From Nitrospirae bacterium MYbin3 (lineage in GTDB: Bacteria; Nitrospirota; Thermodesulfovibrionia; Thermodesulfovibrionales; Dissulfurispiraceae): a stretch of 54,596 nt of DNA. Positions 1 to 10,563 of this stretch are shown here, piece after piece; the stretch's first letter is position 1, and each line of letters starts with the position of its first letter. Location: the NCBI GenBank assembly GCA_002753335.1, contig PEAD01000021.1, positions 1 through 54,596 of the forward strand, written 5' to 3'. The notes under the pieces were generated by a model. The model did no database searches. It had not been told where the DNA came from and saw nothing but the letters and a program-made list of their open reading frames with translations. Both the position numbers and the translations under genes were made by a program.

Positions 1-1
1 A

Positions 2-1894
2 GTAGGCACGGGCATAGAGCATGTTGCTGCCAGAGATTCGGGCTGGATTGTGCTTGCCAAAAGGGCGGGTACCGTTGAAAGTGTTGATGCTGCACGAATA
101 GTTGTTAGGGTCAACGAAAAAGGCGGAGGAGTTGACATATACAATCTGGTAAAGTTTCAGCGCTCCAATCAGGGCACATGCATGACACAGAAGCCTTTAG
201 CCAAGGTAGGCCAAAAGGTTGAGCGTGGGAGCATCCTTGCTGACGGGCCTTCAATAGAGCAGGGCGAGCTTGCCCTTGGCAAAAATGTCATAGCCGCTTT
301 TATGCCTTGGGGAGGATACAACTTTGAAGATGCTATCCTGCTCAGCGAGAGGCTTGCAAAGGACGACGTTTATACCTCAATTCATATAGAGGAATTTGAG
401 GTGGAGGCGAGGGACACGAAACTCGGACCTGAGGAGATAACAAGAGACATTCCCAATGTAGGAGAAGAGGCTCTAAAAGACCTTGACGAGAGCGGCATAA
501 TCAGGATAGGAGCTGAAGTAAAACCGGGAGATATCATAGTCGGCAAAGTTACCCCTAAAGGCGAGACCATGCTGACTCCCGAAGAGAAACTGCTCCGTGC
601 AATATTCGGCGAAAAGGCGGAAGAGGTAAAAGAGAGCTGCCTTTATGTGCCTCCAGGAATCGAGGGCATAATCGTTGATGTGCGAATACTTTCGAGGAAG
701 GGTCTTGAAAAAGATGCCCGTACAAAAAGCATAGAAGAGGATGACATAAATAAACTGAACAGGGACCTTACAGAAGAAACAAAGATTCTGAAAGAGGAGA
801 AGGCTGCCAAGATAAGAAAGCTTTTAATAGGCCATAAGCTCACCGAGGATCTCAGAGATCCCAAGACCAAAGAGCTTATCTGTCAGAAAGGCAAGAAGCT
901 TTTGGACTCACATCTTGAAAAGGTCAAAGACGACCACCTCACAAGGGTAAGGGTTGAGGACGGCAGCGTGCTTGCCAAGATGGAAGATGTGAAGGCAGAG
1001 ATAAGCCAGAGCATAAAAGACCTTCAGGTTATTTATCAGGAGAGGATTGACCGTGTTAAGAAAGGCGATGAGATGGCGCCGGGCGTAAATAAGACGGTCA
1101 AAGTTTATATAGCCATGAAGAGGAAGATTCAGATAGGCGATAAAATGGCCGGCCGTCATGGTAATAAAGGTGTTGTTTCTATGATACTTCCTGAGGAGGA
1201 TATGCCGTATCTTCCTGATGGATCGCCTGTTGATATTGTCTTGAATCCGCTTGGAGTTCCTTCGAGAATGAACGTAGGACAAATTCTCGAAACGCATCTG
1301 GGCTGGGCTGCCATGGCATTGGGCCTGCATGTCTCGACCCCGGTATTTGAGGGAGCCAAGGAAAAGGAGATTAAGGACTACCTGAAGAAAGCGGGGCAGC
1401 AAAAATCGGAAGAGTTGAAGATTCATGACGGCAGAATGCTGGGGCGCAAATGTTTTGAGTCGAATTCTTTGCAGGTTATTCTGCATGATGGCAAGACCGG
1501 AGAAGCTTTCGAGAGGCCGGTTACGGTTGGATGCATGTATATGCTTAAGCTGCATCATCTGGTTGCCGACAAGATTCATGCTCGGTCCATAGGCCCATAC
1601 TCGCTTGTCACACAGCAGCCGCTCGGAGGCAAGGCGCAGTTTGGCGGACAGAGACTGGGAGAGATGGAAGTATGGGCGCTTGAGGCTTACGGTGCGGCGC
1701 ATACGCTTCAGGAGTTCCTTACGGTCAAGAGCGACGATATTAGCGGAAGGTCTCATATGTACGAGGCTATCGTGAAGGGCGATCCGGTGCTTGAGCCGGG
1801 CATCCCTGAATCCTTCCAAGTACTAATAAAAGAACTCCAGAGCTTAGGTTTGGACATAGAGCTTCTGGAGAAAAAGAGAATAAGGGAGGAATAG
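2..1894 (+). CDS. rpoB: DNA-directed RNA polymerase subunit beta (5'-truncated by window edge)
   Basis: The frame is open from position 2 ([14 protein letters not shown]...). Hallmark motifs [53 protein letters not shown]. Confidence 0.99.
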   Translation, partial: VGTGIEHVAARDSGWIVLAKRAGTVESVDAARIVVRVNEKGGGVDIYNLVKFQRSNQGTCMTQKPLAKVGQKVERGSILADGPSIEQGELALGKNVIAAFMPWGGYNFEDAILLSERLAKDDVYTSIHIEEFEVEARDTKLGPEEITRDIPNVGEEALKDLDESGIIRIGAEVKPGDIIVGKVTPKGETMLTPEEKLLRAIFGEKAEEVKESCLYVPPGIEGIIVDVRILSRKGLEKDARTKSIEEDDINKLNRDLTEETKILKEEKAAKIRKLLIGHKLTEDLRDPKTKELICQKGKKLLDSHLEKVKDDHLTRVRVEDGSVLAKMEDVKAEISQSIKDLQVIYQERIDRVKKGDEMAPGVNKTVKVYIAMKRKIQIGDKMAGRHGNKGVVSMILPEEDMPYLPDGSPVDIVLNPLGVPSRMNVGQILETHLGWAAMALGLHVSTPVFEGAKEKEIKDYLKKAGQQKSEELKIHDGRMLGRKCFESNSLQVILHDGKTGEAFERPVTVGCMYMLKLHHLVADKIHARSIGPYSLVTQQPLGGKAQFGGQRLGEMEVWALEAYGAAHTLQEFLTVKSDDISGRSHMYEAIVKGDPVLEPGIPESFQVLIKELQSLGLDIELLEKKRIREE

Positions 1895-1895
1895 C

Positions 1896-4800
1896 TTGAT
1901 AGAAGACATTTATTCGCTTTTCCAAAAGCCGAAAAACCCTAAGGACTTTGATGCTATAAGAATAAAATTAGCGTCTCCTGAAAAGATACGCGAGTGGTCT
2001 TACGGTGAAGTCAAGAAACCTGAAACGATCAACTACCGTACGTTTAAGCCTGAGCGCGATGGTCTTTTCTGCGCTAAAATTTTCGGTCCGGTAAAGGACT
2101 GGGAATGCTTGTGCGGAAAGTACAAGAGGATGAAGCACCGTGGAGTTATCTGCGACAAATGCGGCGTTGAAGTCATACAGTCGAAGGTGCGACGGGAGCG
2201 CATGGGCCATATAGAGCTCGCTACCCCTGTAGCACACGTATGGTTTCTGCGCGGAGTGCCGAGCAGAATAGGAACCCTTCTTGATATGACTATACGGCAT
2301 CTTGAACGAGTGCTCTATTTTGAAGAGCATATCGTAATAGATCCGGGTGATACCCCTCTTAAAGAAAAGGAGCTGCTTTCGGAGGAGGAGTATAAAAAGA
2401 AGTTCGCCGAATACGGAAACAGATTTAAGGCAGGAATGGGCGCAGAGGCTGTTCGTGAACTTCTCAAAAAGGTTGATCTTCCGCCGCTTGCTAAGGACCT
2501 GAAACAGAAGATAGATGATGCGTCTTCGATCGGAGTCAAGAAAAAGCTTACAAAGAGGCTGAGAATTGTTGAGGCATTTTTGAGGTCCGAGAACAAGCCT
2601 GAATGGATGATCCTCGACATTATACCTGTGCTTCCGCCTGACCTCAGGCCGCTAGTGCCGCTTGACGGAGGCCGGTTTGCAACTTCCGATCTCAATGACC
2701 TGTATAGGCGCATAATAAACAGGAACAACAGGCTTAAACGCCTTATGGAGCTTAAGGCCCCGAGCGTTATTCTTAAGAACGAAAAGAGAATGCTTCAGGA
2801 GGCTGTGGACGCGCTGTTTGACAACAGCAAAAAAGCTAAAGTTCTAAAGGCCGGCGGTAAGAGGGCCCTGAAATCTTTGAGCGATATGATAAAGGGCAAG
2901 CAGGGAAGATTCAGGCAGAACCTTTTAGGGAAGAGGGTTGATTATTCTGGCCGTTCTGTTATCGTTGTCGGTCCGGAACTTAAGCTGAATCAGTGCGGGC
3001 TTCCCAAGCGTATGGCGCTTGAACTTTTCAAGCCGTTCGTATTCAACAAGCTCGAAGAAAAGGGCTATGCAACAACCATAAAGCTTGCAAAGAGGCTTGT
3101 GGAGAAGGAGAGGCCGGAGGTTTGGGATGCTCTTGAAGAGGTTATCCATGAGCATCCGGTGCTGCTTAACCGTGCCCCTACTTTGCACAGGCTCGGCATT
3201 CAGGCGTTCGATCCGATACTTGTTGAAGGCAGGGCTATAACACTGCATCCTCTGGTCTGCACAGCCTTTAACGCAGATTTTGACGGTGACCAGATGGCTG
3301 TTCATGTACCGCTTTCGATAGAGGCTCAGATAGAAGCAAGGGTGCTGATGATGTCTGTGAACAACCTGCTTTCGCCCGCAAATGGAAAGCCGATAATAGT
3401 GCCCACTCAGGATATGGTTCTCGGCATCTACTATCTTACGAAACAGAAAAAGAATGTGAAGGGTGAAAGGAAGCATACTGACGAAGAGATAAAAAATATA
3501 AAGGGTAGTGCCCGCATAATTGCAGACCTTCAGGGAAAATATGAAAGTCCTGAAGATGTAAGAATGGCATACGACTCAGGTGTTCTTGATGAGCATGCGG
3601 CAATAAAGGTCAGGATGGGCGGAGAAACTGTGGAGACGACCGCAGGTCGAATACTGTTAAGCGAGATACTTCCTTCTAGCATTCCATTTTCGATGGTCAA
3701 CAAGGAAATGAACAAAAAAGAGCTCGGCAAACTTATAGAATATATTTACAAAATGTCGGGCAGACGTGAAACAGTTATGTTCCTTAACAGAATAGAGAGG
3801 ATAGGCTTCGAGTTTGCCACCAAGTCAGGAATCTCTATCTGCATTGATGATATGCATGTGCCTTCCAAAAAAGATGAGCTTATCAAAGAGGCGGAGGCAG
3901 AGGCTATCGAGGTCCAGAGGCAGTATGCCGACGGTCTGATTACTCAGGGAGAGCGCTACAATAAAGTAATCGATATCTGGGCCAATGTGACCGAAAAGGT
4001 TGCGGAAGAAATGATGGGTGAACTCGGAGCAGAGGAAGGCAAGAATCTTTCTGAAGAAGAGCTCAAGGAAAGCCGTTCTTTTAACAGCATATTCATGATG
4101 GCAGACTCAGGAGCAAGAGGAAGCGCAGCGCAGATAAGGCAGCTTGCAGGAATGAGAGGCCTTATGGCAAAGCCTTCCGGCGAAATCATGGAGACCCCGA
4201 TTACCGCCAATTTCAGAGAAGGGCTAACACCGCTCCAGTATTTTATTTCTACTCACGGAGCAAGAAAAGGTCTTGCAGATACGGCGTTGAAGACCGCAAA
4301 CGCAGGTTATCTTACCAGAAGGCTTGTTGATGTTGCACAGGATGTAAACTTGTCAGAGGTGGACTGCGGAACAAGGGACGGAATAACCGTAACCGCGTTG
4401 ATCGAAGGCGGCGAAATAATACAGCCCCTCGAAGACAGGATCTTCGGCAGAACCCTTGCTGAGACTATAAAAGATCCGGGTACGAATGAGACAATAGCTA
4501 GCAGAAATCAGGATGTTGACGAACAGCTCGCCAAAAAGATAATTGATGCAGGGATAGACAAGATTAAAATCAGATCTGCTCTGACCTGTGTCGCCAAGAT
4601 AGGCGTATGCGGCAAATGCTACGGAAGAGACCTTGGAAGAGGCGATGTTATAGAGATAGGAGAGGCTGTCGGCATTATAGCTGCACAGTCAATCGGCGAG
4701 CCTGGCACGCAGCTTACGATGAGAACCTTTCACATCGGAGGCGCGGCAACAAAGGTTATTGAACAGGCGGTGCTTACATCCAAGAACTCCGGCTTTGTAA

Positions 4801-6077
4801 AGTTCATTGACCTGAATGCGGTCAAGAACAAGGAAGGTGTTTTGATAGTCCTCAACAGGAACGCCTTGATAGCCATAGTGGATAAGGCCGGCCGAGAGAA
4901 GGAAAAGTACAACCTTGTTTACGGCGCTCAGATTTTTGTAGAGGACAAGCAGAAGGTTGATGCTAACCAGAAACTTGTTGAATGGGATCCGTACTCAACT
5001 CCTATACTTACCGAACTTGGCGGAAAGATAGCGTTCGGAGATATAGTTGAATCGGTTACGGTCAAAGAAGAGGTTGACGAGCATACAGGCCTTGCGCATA
5101 AGGTCATAATCGATTACCCGGGCCACATGAGGCCGAGAATATCGATAAAGGATGACCATAACCGCACCTTGAAAATCCCTGGAACCAACCAGCAGGCCCG
5201 TTATTTGCTGCCTGCAGGAGCGCATATACTCGTTGATAAGAATGAGGCGGTGCATCCGGGCACTATACTCGCAAAGATGCCAAGAGAGACCACAAAGACC
5301 AAAGACATAACCGGCGGTCTACCTAGGGTTGCCGAACTGTTCGAGGCGAGGAAGCCGAAGGAACAGGCGATCGTAAGCGAAATAGACGGTATTGTCGAGT
5401 TCAGGGGTGCGCATAAGGGCATGCGGGTAGTTGTTGTAAAGGGCGGTGATGAGTCGAGGGAATACATGATACCCAAAGGCAAGCATGTTACTGTGCATGA
5501 AGGCGACTGGGTAAAGGCCGGTGAGCCTTTGATGGATGGCTCTGTGAATCCCCACAGCATGCTTGATATTTTAGGACCCAAGGAACTCCAGCGTTATCTT
5601 GTTGATGAGGTACAGAAGGTTTACAGGCTTCAGGGTGTTACCATCAGCGACAAGCATATAGAGATAATCGTGCGCCAGATGATGAGGAAGATCAAGATAG
5701 AAGATCCCGGGAATACCCCCTTCCTTATCGGCGACGAGATCGACAGGCCTGTTTTTGTTGAGGCTAACGATCTGGCAAAACAGAAGGGCGGTAAGCCGGC
5801 GCAGGGCAAGCCGATGCTTCTCGGTATCACCAAGGCATCTCTTGCTACAGACAGTTGGGTTTCTGCAGCATCATTCCAAGAGACCACAAGAGTTCTTACC
5901 GAGGCGGCTCTTAACGGCAAGGTTGATGGATTAGAAGGCCTTAAAGAGAACGTGATAATGGGCAGAGTTATACCTGCAGGTTCGGGAACCCCTATGTACA
6001 GAGACAGTTTCATAATGGGAGATTTTTACGAAATGCAGCTACAAAAAGAAGAGGAAGCGACCGAAGTCGAAGAGTAG
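1896..6077 (+). CDS. rpoC: DNA-directed RNA polymerase subunit beta'
   Basis: NADFDGD catalytic motif, N-terminal Zn-binding CLCGKY...[15 protein letters not shown] start 1 nt after the rpoB stop, with a GGAGG SD inside the rpoB 3' end. Confidence 0.99.
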   Translation: MIEDIYSLFQKPKNPKDFDAIRIKLASPEKIREWSYGEVKKPETINYRTFKPERDGLFCAKIFGPVKDWECLCGKYKRMKHRGVICDKCGVEVIQSKVRRERMGHIELATPVAHVWFLRGVPSRIGTLLDMTIRHLERVLYFEEHIVIDPGDTPLKEKELLSEEEYKKKFAEYGNRFKAGMGAEAVRELLKKVDLPPLAKDLKQKIDDASSIGVKKKLTKRLRIVEAFLRSENKPEWMILDIIPVLPPDLRPLVPLDGGRFATSDLNDLYRRIINRNNRLKRLMELKAPSVILKNEKRMLQEAVDALFDNSKKAKVLKAGGKRALKSLSDMIKGKQGRFRQNLLGKRVDYSGRSVIVVGPELKLNQCGLPKRMALELFKPFVFNKLEEKGYATTIKLAKRLVEKERPEVWDALEEVIHEHPVLLNRAPTLHRLGIQAFDPILVEGRAITLHPLVCTAFNADFDGDQMAVHVPLSIEAQIEARVLMMSVNNLLSPANGKPIIVPTQDMVLGIYYLTKQKKNVKGERKHTDEEIKNIKGSARIIADLQGKYESPEDVRMAYDSGVLDEHAAIKVRMGGETVETTAGRILLSEILPSSIPFSMVNKEMNKKELGKLIEYIYKMSGRRETVMFLNRIERIGFEFATKSGISICIDDMHVPSKKDELIKEAEAEAIEVQRQYADGLITQGERYNKVIDIWANVTEKVAEEMMGELGAEEGKNLSEEELKESRSFNSIFMMADSGARGSAAQIRQLAGMRGLMAKPSGEIMETPITANFREGLTPLQYFISTHGARKGLADTALKTANAGYLTRRLVDVAQDVNLSEVDCGTRDGITVTALIEGGEIIQPLEDRIFGRTLAETIKDPGTNETIASRNQDVDEQLAKKIIDAGIDKIKIRSALTCVAKIGVCGKCYGRDLGRGDVIEIGEAVGIIAAQSIGEPGTQLTMRTFHIGGAATKVIEQAVLTSKNSGFVKFIDLNAVKNKEGVLIVLNRNALIAIVDKAGREKEKYNLVYGAQIFVEDKQKVDANQKLVEWDPYSTPILTELGGKIAFGDIVESVTVKEEVDEHTGLAHKVIIDYPGHMRPRISIKDDHNRTLKIPGTNQQARYLLPAGAHILVDKNEAVHPGTILAKMPRETTKTKDITGGLPRVAELFEARKPKEQAIVSEIDGIVEFRGAHKGMRVVVVKGGDESREYMIPKGKHVTVHEGDWVKAGEPLMDGSVNPHSMLDILGPKELQRYLVDEVQKVYRLQGVTISDKHIEIIVRQMMRKIKIEDPGNTPFLIGDEIDRPVFVEANDLAKQKGGKPAQGKPMLLGITKASLATDSWVSAASFQETTRVLTEAALNGKVDGLEGLKENVIMGRVIPAGSGTPMYRDSFIMGDFYEMQLQKEEEATEVEE

Positions 6078-6098
6078 CAAATAAAGAGAAAGGTATTT

Positions 6099-6131
6099 AA
6101 AGGGGCATGGATTTCTCCATGCCCCTTTTTT
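6099..6131. terminator. Intrinsic terminator after rpoC, probably bidirectional
   Basis: aaaggggcatgga-tttc-tccatgccccttt hairpin followed by a T-tract, between the convergent rpoC and Tim44-domain genes. Confidence 0.9.
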
Positions 6132-6148
6132 CGTTTTGCTTTTTTAGG

Positions 6149-7123
6149 TTAATCCTGCTGAATTGCAGAGAGCTGCCAGTTTGTTGTTCCTATCTTCCTC
6201 ATGAAGGTCCAGTATTCCACGAACCTTACAGGTTCTTTATTGCTGCCTTCAAGTATTTTTCCTGACTCGTCAGTAACATAATCAAGTACGTTAGCAGTGA
6301 ACTCTACCGTAATGAAGTCTTTTCCTTCCTCCTGCCATGCCTCGGTTATCGCAACATTTCTCATAGCGATATTTTCGAGCCTGTTTATTCTTCCGTCAGC
6401 TTTTAACTGAGCAGAATCTTTTCTCATCTGATCCGAGATTTCGGGTGCGAGTATGTTGCTTACTGAAGCCATATCTCTTTGCATCCATGCCGCCTGCACC
6501 TTGAAAAACATATCTCCAGCAGTTTCTTTGAATCTGTTTTCATCAAATGTGGAATCGAACTGTCTGATATACGAGAGGCCTGCTGAAAGGTCATCCTGCT
6601 GTGTTGTTGCAGTGCTCGAACCCTGATACTGGTATGCTTGCTGAGGTTCAGGGCTGCTGTATTGGCCGTAGCCTTGAGGTGTGGCCAATGCCGGCTGTTC
6701 TTTTTTTGATTTGACCATCTTGTAAATTACAAAGATGATAAGTCCGATCAATATTATCTCGATCATACCTATGCCGCCTCCAAATCCTCCGGAGCCAAAA
6801 CCGCTGCCCATGCCGAGGCTGCTGAAAAGCATTGAGGCCAGCATGCCGCCGACCAACCCGCCCGCCATTCCACGCATAAAGCCACCCCAAGGTGAAGGCT
6901 GAGGGGCTGCAGGCTGCATATTCTGCTGAGGCTGCGCCTGCTTTTGCATCTGGTTTTGCTGCTGAGGCTGTGCCTGCCGTGCAGGTGGCGCGTATGTTTT
7001 GGAACCTCTGCTGCCGTAGCTTGAGGAGCCTCTGCTTCCTCCTCCTGCTCGTGCGAAAGAGTTTTCTTCAAGGCAGACCGAGAAGAAAACCGCAAGCAAA
7101 ATTAATATAAACATTTTTTTCAT
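6149..7123 (-). CDS. Tim44-domain membrane/exported protein
   Basis: Signal peptide, RAGGGS..GSRGSKT motif, Q/P-rich linker, Gly-rich TM segment, C-terminal Tim44-like fold (F.KVQAAW...EYWTF.R...WQLSAIQQ). GGAGG SD present. Confidence 0.85.
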   Translation of the reverse strand: MKKMFILILLAVFFSVCLEENSFARAGGGSRGSSSYGSRGSKTYAPPARQAQPQQQNQMQKQAQPQQNMQPAAPQPSPWGGFMRGMAGGLVGGMLASMLFSSLGMGSGFGSGGFGGGIGMIEIILIGLIIFVIYKMVKSKKEQPALATPQGYGQYSSPEPQQAYQYQGSSTATTQQDDLSAGLSYIRQFDSTFDENRFKETAGDMFFKVQAAWMQRDMASVSNILAPEISDQMRKDSAQLKADGRINRLENIAMRNVAITEAWQEEGKDFITVEFTANVLDYVTDESGKILEGSNKEPVRFVEYWTFMRKIGTTNWQLSAIQQD

Positions 7124-7213
7124 GTGTGTTACCTCCTGAATAACTTTTAATAATTATAACTTAACGGCATATGCTGTGAACAGCAGCAATACATGTGATA
7201 CAATCAAAAAAGC

Positions 7214-9313
7214 ATGAATCTGCAGAACAATAACTATCAGATAGCCAAGGAGTTGGCGGTTTTTAACGCGTTTGCGGACATCCTCAGCAGGCATAATACG
7301 TCCGAGGGGGTGGTTCAGGATACTCTCGATATGCTAGTAACTCAGATGAATGCAGACAGAGGATGGATTTATCTCTTTGATGAGGATTCTTTTGAATTGG
7401 GCCTTGTGGCCCATAGGGGGCTTTTGCCTCCTTTTCTGCAGAGGGTCTGGAGACTTAAACCGGGCGAATGTTTTGCTGGCAAAGTGTTTAGTTCGGGCAT
7501 AGCATTGCTTGTAGAGAATGCTGCGGATGATCCGAGGGTTCTTTATCATGACCCCGAAATTTTGCGCATGGCGGGCGTTCCGATATCGTCGAGGGGCAGG
7601 GTTATTGGGGTGCTGGACATAGGCTGCGGCGGGGGTTCCTGTTTTGGGGCTGTGGATATAAGGCTTCTTTCCACAATAGGCGGGCAGCTTGGCGTAGAGA
7701 TAGAGAATATGAGGCTGATAAGCCAGCTTCAGGAAAAAATGGCGCATATAGAACTCATAAGCGAACTCAGCAGCATGATAAATTCAAGCCTAAGCATCGG
7801 CGCTATTTTCAAAATAATGGCTTCGGAAATAAAGAAGATCATAGACTATGACAGGGCCAGCCTTCTTTTATTTGACGAAAAGAAAAACAACCTTGCTATT
7901 TTTGCGCTTGATACAGAAATGAAGACCGACATGACCAAAGGTGTAAAGGCACCGATTGAGGGCACCAGCGCCGGATGGGTCATCAGAAATAATCGTGCAT
8001 GGATAAACTACGATTTGTCGAGAGATATAAAATTCCCTCTCGACAAGAAGCTTCTTTATGAAGGCATTCGCTCAACCATAAGCATTCCCCTTTTTCAGGA
8101 CAGGCTTTTGGGTGTGTTTAATCTGGATAGCATGACCGCAGCAAACTATTCAGAAAAAGATTTGAAGATGCTGCTGCCTGTTACCAAGCATATTTCTATA
8201 GCCTTGGAGAACGCGCTGCTCTTTGAAGAAATTTCGAGAGAGAAAAAAGAATGGGTGAAGACTTTTGACTCTATAGCGGACATGCTTTGGATAGAGGATG
8301 ACAAGCAGAGAATTGTCCGCGCCAACGAATCGCTGCTTAAGGCTGCAGGGCTTTCTGCACTTGATGCTTCTGGGAGGGCAAGAGACGATATATTCAGAAT
8401 GATAGGCATAAACGATGAAATTAATTTTGGTTCAGGCGGTTCGGAGTTTGTCGAGCTGAGAGGTGCGGGAGGAACCATACTTCATTTTGGGTCTTATCCT
8501 CTTTTGGATGAAGACGGAAAGCTTTATTCTACGGTTTATTATCTGCGGGATGTTACCGCCCAAAGACGTCTTGAGCAGCAGCTTGTCAGGGCTGACAAGC
8601 TTGCCTCTTTAGGTACGCTTGTGGCCGGAATAGCCCATGAAATAAACAATCCTCTCGGCATTATAGCCGGATACTCCGAGGCCCTTCTTGACAGGTGCGG
8701 AGAGGCCGGGCTTGTGAGAAGCGAGGCTTTCAGGGATTTTCCTGAATATCTGCAGACGATACACAACGAAATTTTCAGGTGCAAGGATATACTGGCCACA
8801 CTGCTTGAATTTGCGAGGCCTGCGGCCGGAATTATCCGTCAGATAGACATTAACGAACTCCTGAAGGAGGTTATACTGCTTGTAAACTATAAGGCAAAGC
8901 GCCTGAAACACAGAATTGATCTTGAGCTTACTGCAGAGCTTGCAAAGATTCAGGCCGAGCCGGGCAAGCTCAGGCAGCTTTTCATGAATATAATAATTAA
9001 TTCTATGTATTTCACACCCGAAGGCGGCAGGATCGTTATAAAGACTTCAAAGAGTTGTAACGATACACGCTACATATCGGATGATGCTATAAAAGTTACG
9101 ATCAGCGATACAGGATGCGGCATTGATCCGGCGGACCTATCTAAGATATTCGACCCCTTTTTCACCACCAAGCCTGTGGGAGACGGCACCGGACTTGGTC
9201 TTTCGATCTGCCATAAAATAGCGCAAGAGCACGGCGGCACAATAGATGTTGAGAGCAGCATAGGTATCGGAACTGTTTTTTCTATAAACTTGCCGTTAAG
9301 AAGCGGAAGCTAA
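7214..9313 (+). CDS. Cytoplasmic GAF-GAF-PAS sensor histidine kinase (NtrB-like)
   Basis: Two GAF-like domains, H-box AHEINNPL, N-box NIIINS, G1 DTGCGI, F-box FDPFFTTK, G2 GTGLGL. Confidence 0.9.
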   Translation: MNLQNNNYQIAKELAVFNAFADILSRHNTSEGVVQDTLDMLVTQMNADRGWIYLFDEDSFELGLVAHRGLLPPFLQRVWRLKPGECFAGKVFSSGIALLVENAADDPRVLYHDPEILRMAGVPISSRGRVIGVLDIGCGGGSCFGAVDIRLLSTIGGQLGVEIENMRLISQLQEKMAHIELISELSSMINSSLSIGAIFKIMASEIKKIIDYDRASLLLFDEKKNNLAIFALDTEMKTDMTKGVKAPIEGTSAGWVIRNNRAWINYDLSRDIKFPLDKKLLYEGIRSTISIPLFQDRLLGVFNLDSMTAANYSEKDLKMLLPVTKHISIALENALLFEEISREKKEWVKTFDSIADMLWIEDDKQRIVRANESLLKAAGLSALDASGRARDDIFRMIGINDEINFGSGGSEFVELRGAGGTILHFGSYPLLDEDGKLYSTVYYLRDVTAQRRLEQQLVRADKLASLGTLVAGIAHEINNPLGIIAGYSEALLDRCGEAGLVRSEAFRDFPEYLQTIHNEIFRCKDILATLLEFARPAAGIIRQIDINELLKEVILLVNYKAKRLKHRIDLELTAELAKIQAEPGKLRQLFMNIIINSMYFTPEGGRIVIKTSKSCNDTRYISDDAIKVTISDTGCGIDPADLSKIFDPFFTTKPVGDGTGLGLSICHKIAQEHGGTIDVESSIGIGTVFSINLPLRSGS

Positions 9314-9348
9314 TACTGATAAGCATATTTCTTGGCCTGCCAAAATAA

Positions 9349-9378
9349 TTGACGGTCTGAGCTGTTAAAGGTTATCTT
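9349..9378 (+). promoter_or_regulatory. Sigma70-type promoter for aroC (probably leaderless transcript)
   Basis: TTGACG (9349-54), 18 nt, TATCTT (9373-78), 6 nt, ATG. No SD. Confidence 0.55.
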
Positions 9379-9384
9379 AACATT

Positions 9385-10563
9385 ATGACAACCAAGCTTA
9401 GATTTCTTACAGCAGGAGAGTCGCACGGCAAAGGACTGACCGGCATTATCGAGGGATTACCGGCCGGGCTTGAACTGTCGTCGGACAATCTTGACAGGGA
9501 GCTGCATAGAAGACAGGGTGGTTATGGCCGCGGCGGCAGGATGAAGATTGAACAGGATAAAGCTGAGCTTATATCAGGTCTGCGCTGGGGAAAGACCATC
9601 GGCTCGCCTCTGACAATATTGATAGAAAACAAAGACTGGAAAAACTGGCAGGAAGGCATGTCTCCATTGAAGGAGCATGAAGGCTCTATACCGGCGGTGA
9701 CCAAGCCGAGACCTGGGCATGCAGACCTTTCAGGGGTGCTTAAATATAATCAGACAGACGCGAGAAGCATTCTCGAAAGATCGAGCGCAAGAGAGACGGC
9801 GATGCGTGTGGCTGTCGGTGCGGTGGCAAAGAAATTCCTTGCCGAGTTTGGCATATCGATCGGCAGTTATGTAACAAGAATCGGAGTCGCAGACATGCCG
9901 CAAAAAGATCAGCAGGGTCAGCTGCTTGCGCTTTTTCAAAAGGCAGAGGAGTCGCAAGTGCGCTGCCCGGACGAAGAAGCCTCATTAAAAATGGTTTCGG
10001 TTATTGATGAAGCGGTAAAAAACGGAGATACGGTGGGCGGTGCGTTCGTTGTTTTCGCAGTGGGCCTGCCCATAGGCCTCGGCAGCCATATCCAGTGGGA
10101 CAAACGCTTGGACGGCATAATTGCCCAGGCGATGATGAGCATTCAGGCCATCAAGGGGGTTGAAATAGGCGCAGGCTTCAAAATGGCAGAAAGCTTTGGC
10201 TCACAGGTTCTGGATGAGATATTCTTCAACAAAGAAGAAAAAAAGTTTTACAGAAAAACAAATTACGCGGGTGGAATTGAGGGAGGCATGACCAACGGCA
10301 TGCCTATAATCGTATCGGCAGTGATGAAGCCGATACCGACACTCAGAAAACCGCTTATTTCGGTTGACATGGCATCGAAAGAACCGTTTGAAGCTGCCTA
10401 CGAACGCTCTGATTCCTGTGCTGTTCCTGCTGCTGCGGTTGTTGCAGAAGCGATGCTTGCTATAATTCTTGCAGATGCTATTTTAGAAAAATTCGGCGGC
10501 GACAGCTTAACCGAAATCCGCAGAAACTTTGACTCCTATGAAAAGCAGCTCAAAAGCTTTTAA
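9385..10563 (+). CDS. aroC: Chorismate synthase
   Basis: TAGESHG, RPGHAD, ERSSARETA, GGIEGGMTNG, ERSDSC motifs. Confidence 0.98.
   Translation: MTTKLRFLTAGESHGKGLTGIIEGLPAGLELSSDNLDRELHRRQGGYGRGGRMKIEQDKAELISGLRWGKTIGSPLTILIENKDWKNWQEGMSPLKEHEGSIPAVTKPRPGHADLSGVLKYNQTDARSILERSSARETAMRVAVGAVAKKFLAEFGISIGSYVTRIGVADMPQKDQQGQLLALFQKAEESQVRCPDEEASLKMVSVIDEAVKNGDTVGGAFVVFAVGLPIGLGSHIQWDKRLDGIIAQAMMSIQAIKGVEIGAGFKMAESFGSQVLDEIFFNKEEKKFYRKTNYAGGIEGGMTNGMPIIVSAVMKPIPTLRKPLISVDMASKEPFEAAYERSDSCAVPAAAVVAEAMLAIILADAILEKFGGDSLTEIRRNFDSYEKQLKSF

Noticed and set aside
908..1819. 303-aa antisense ORF within rpoB, and the many other shadow ORFs in the track
   Set aside because: They are fully nested in well-conserved genes, have no recognisable motifs, and are expected from codon bias.
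6880..6990. CAG/GCT-rich quasi-repeats in the Tim44-domain gene
   Set aside because: They are imperfect and in frame, explained by the Q/P/A low-complexity linker typical of these proteins.
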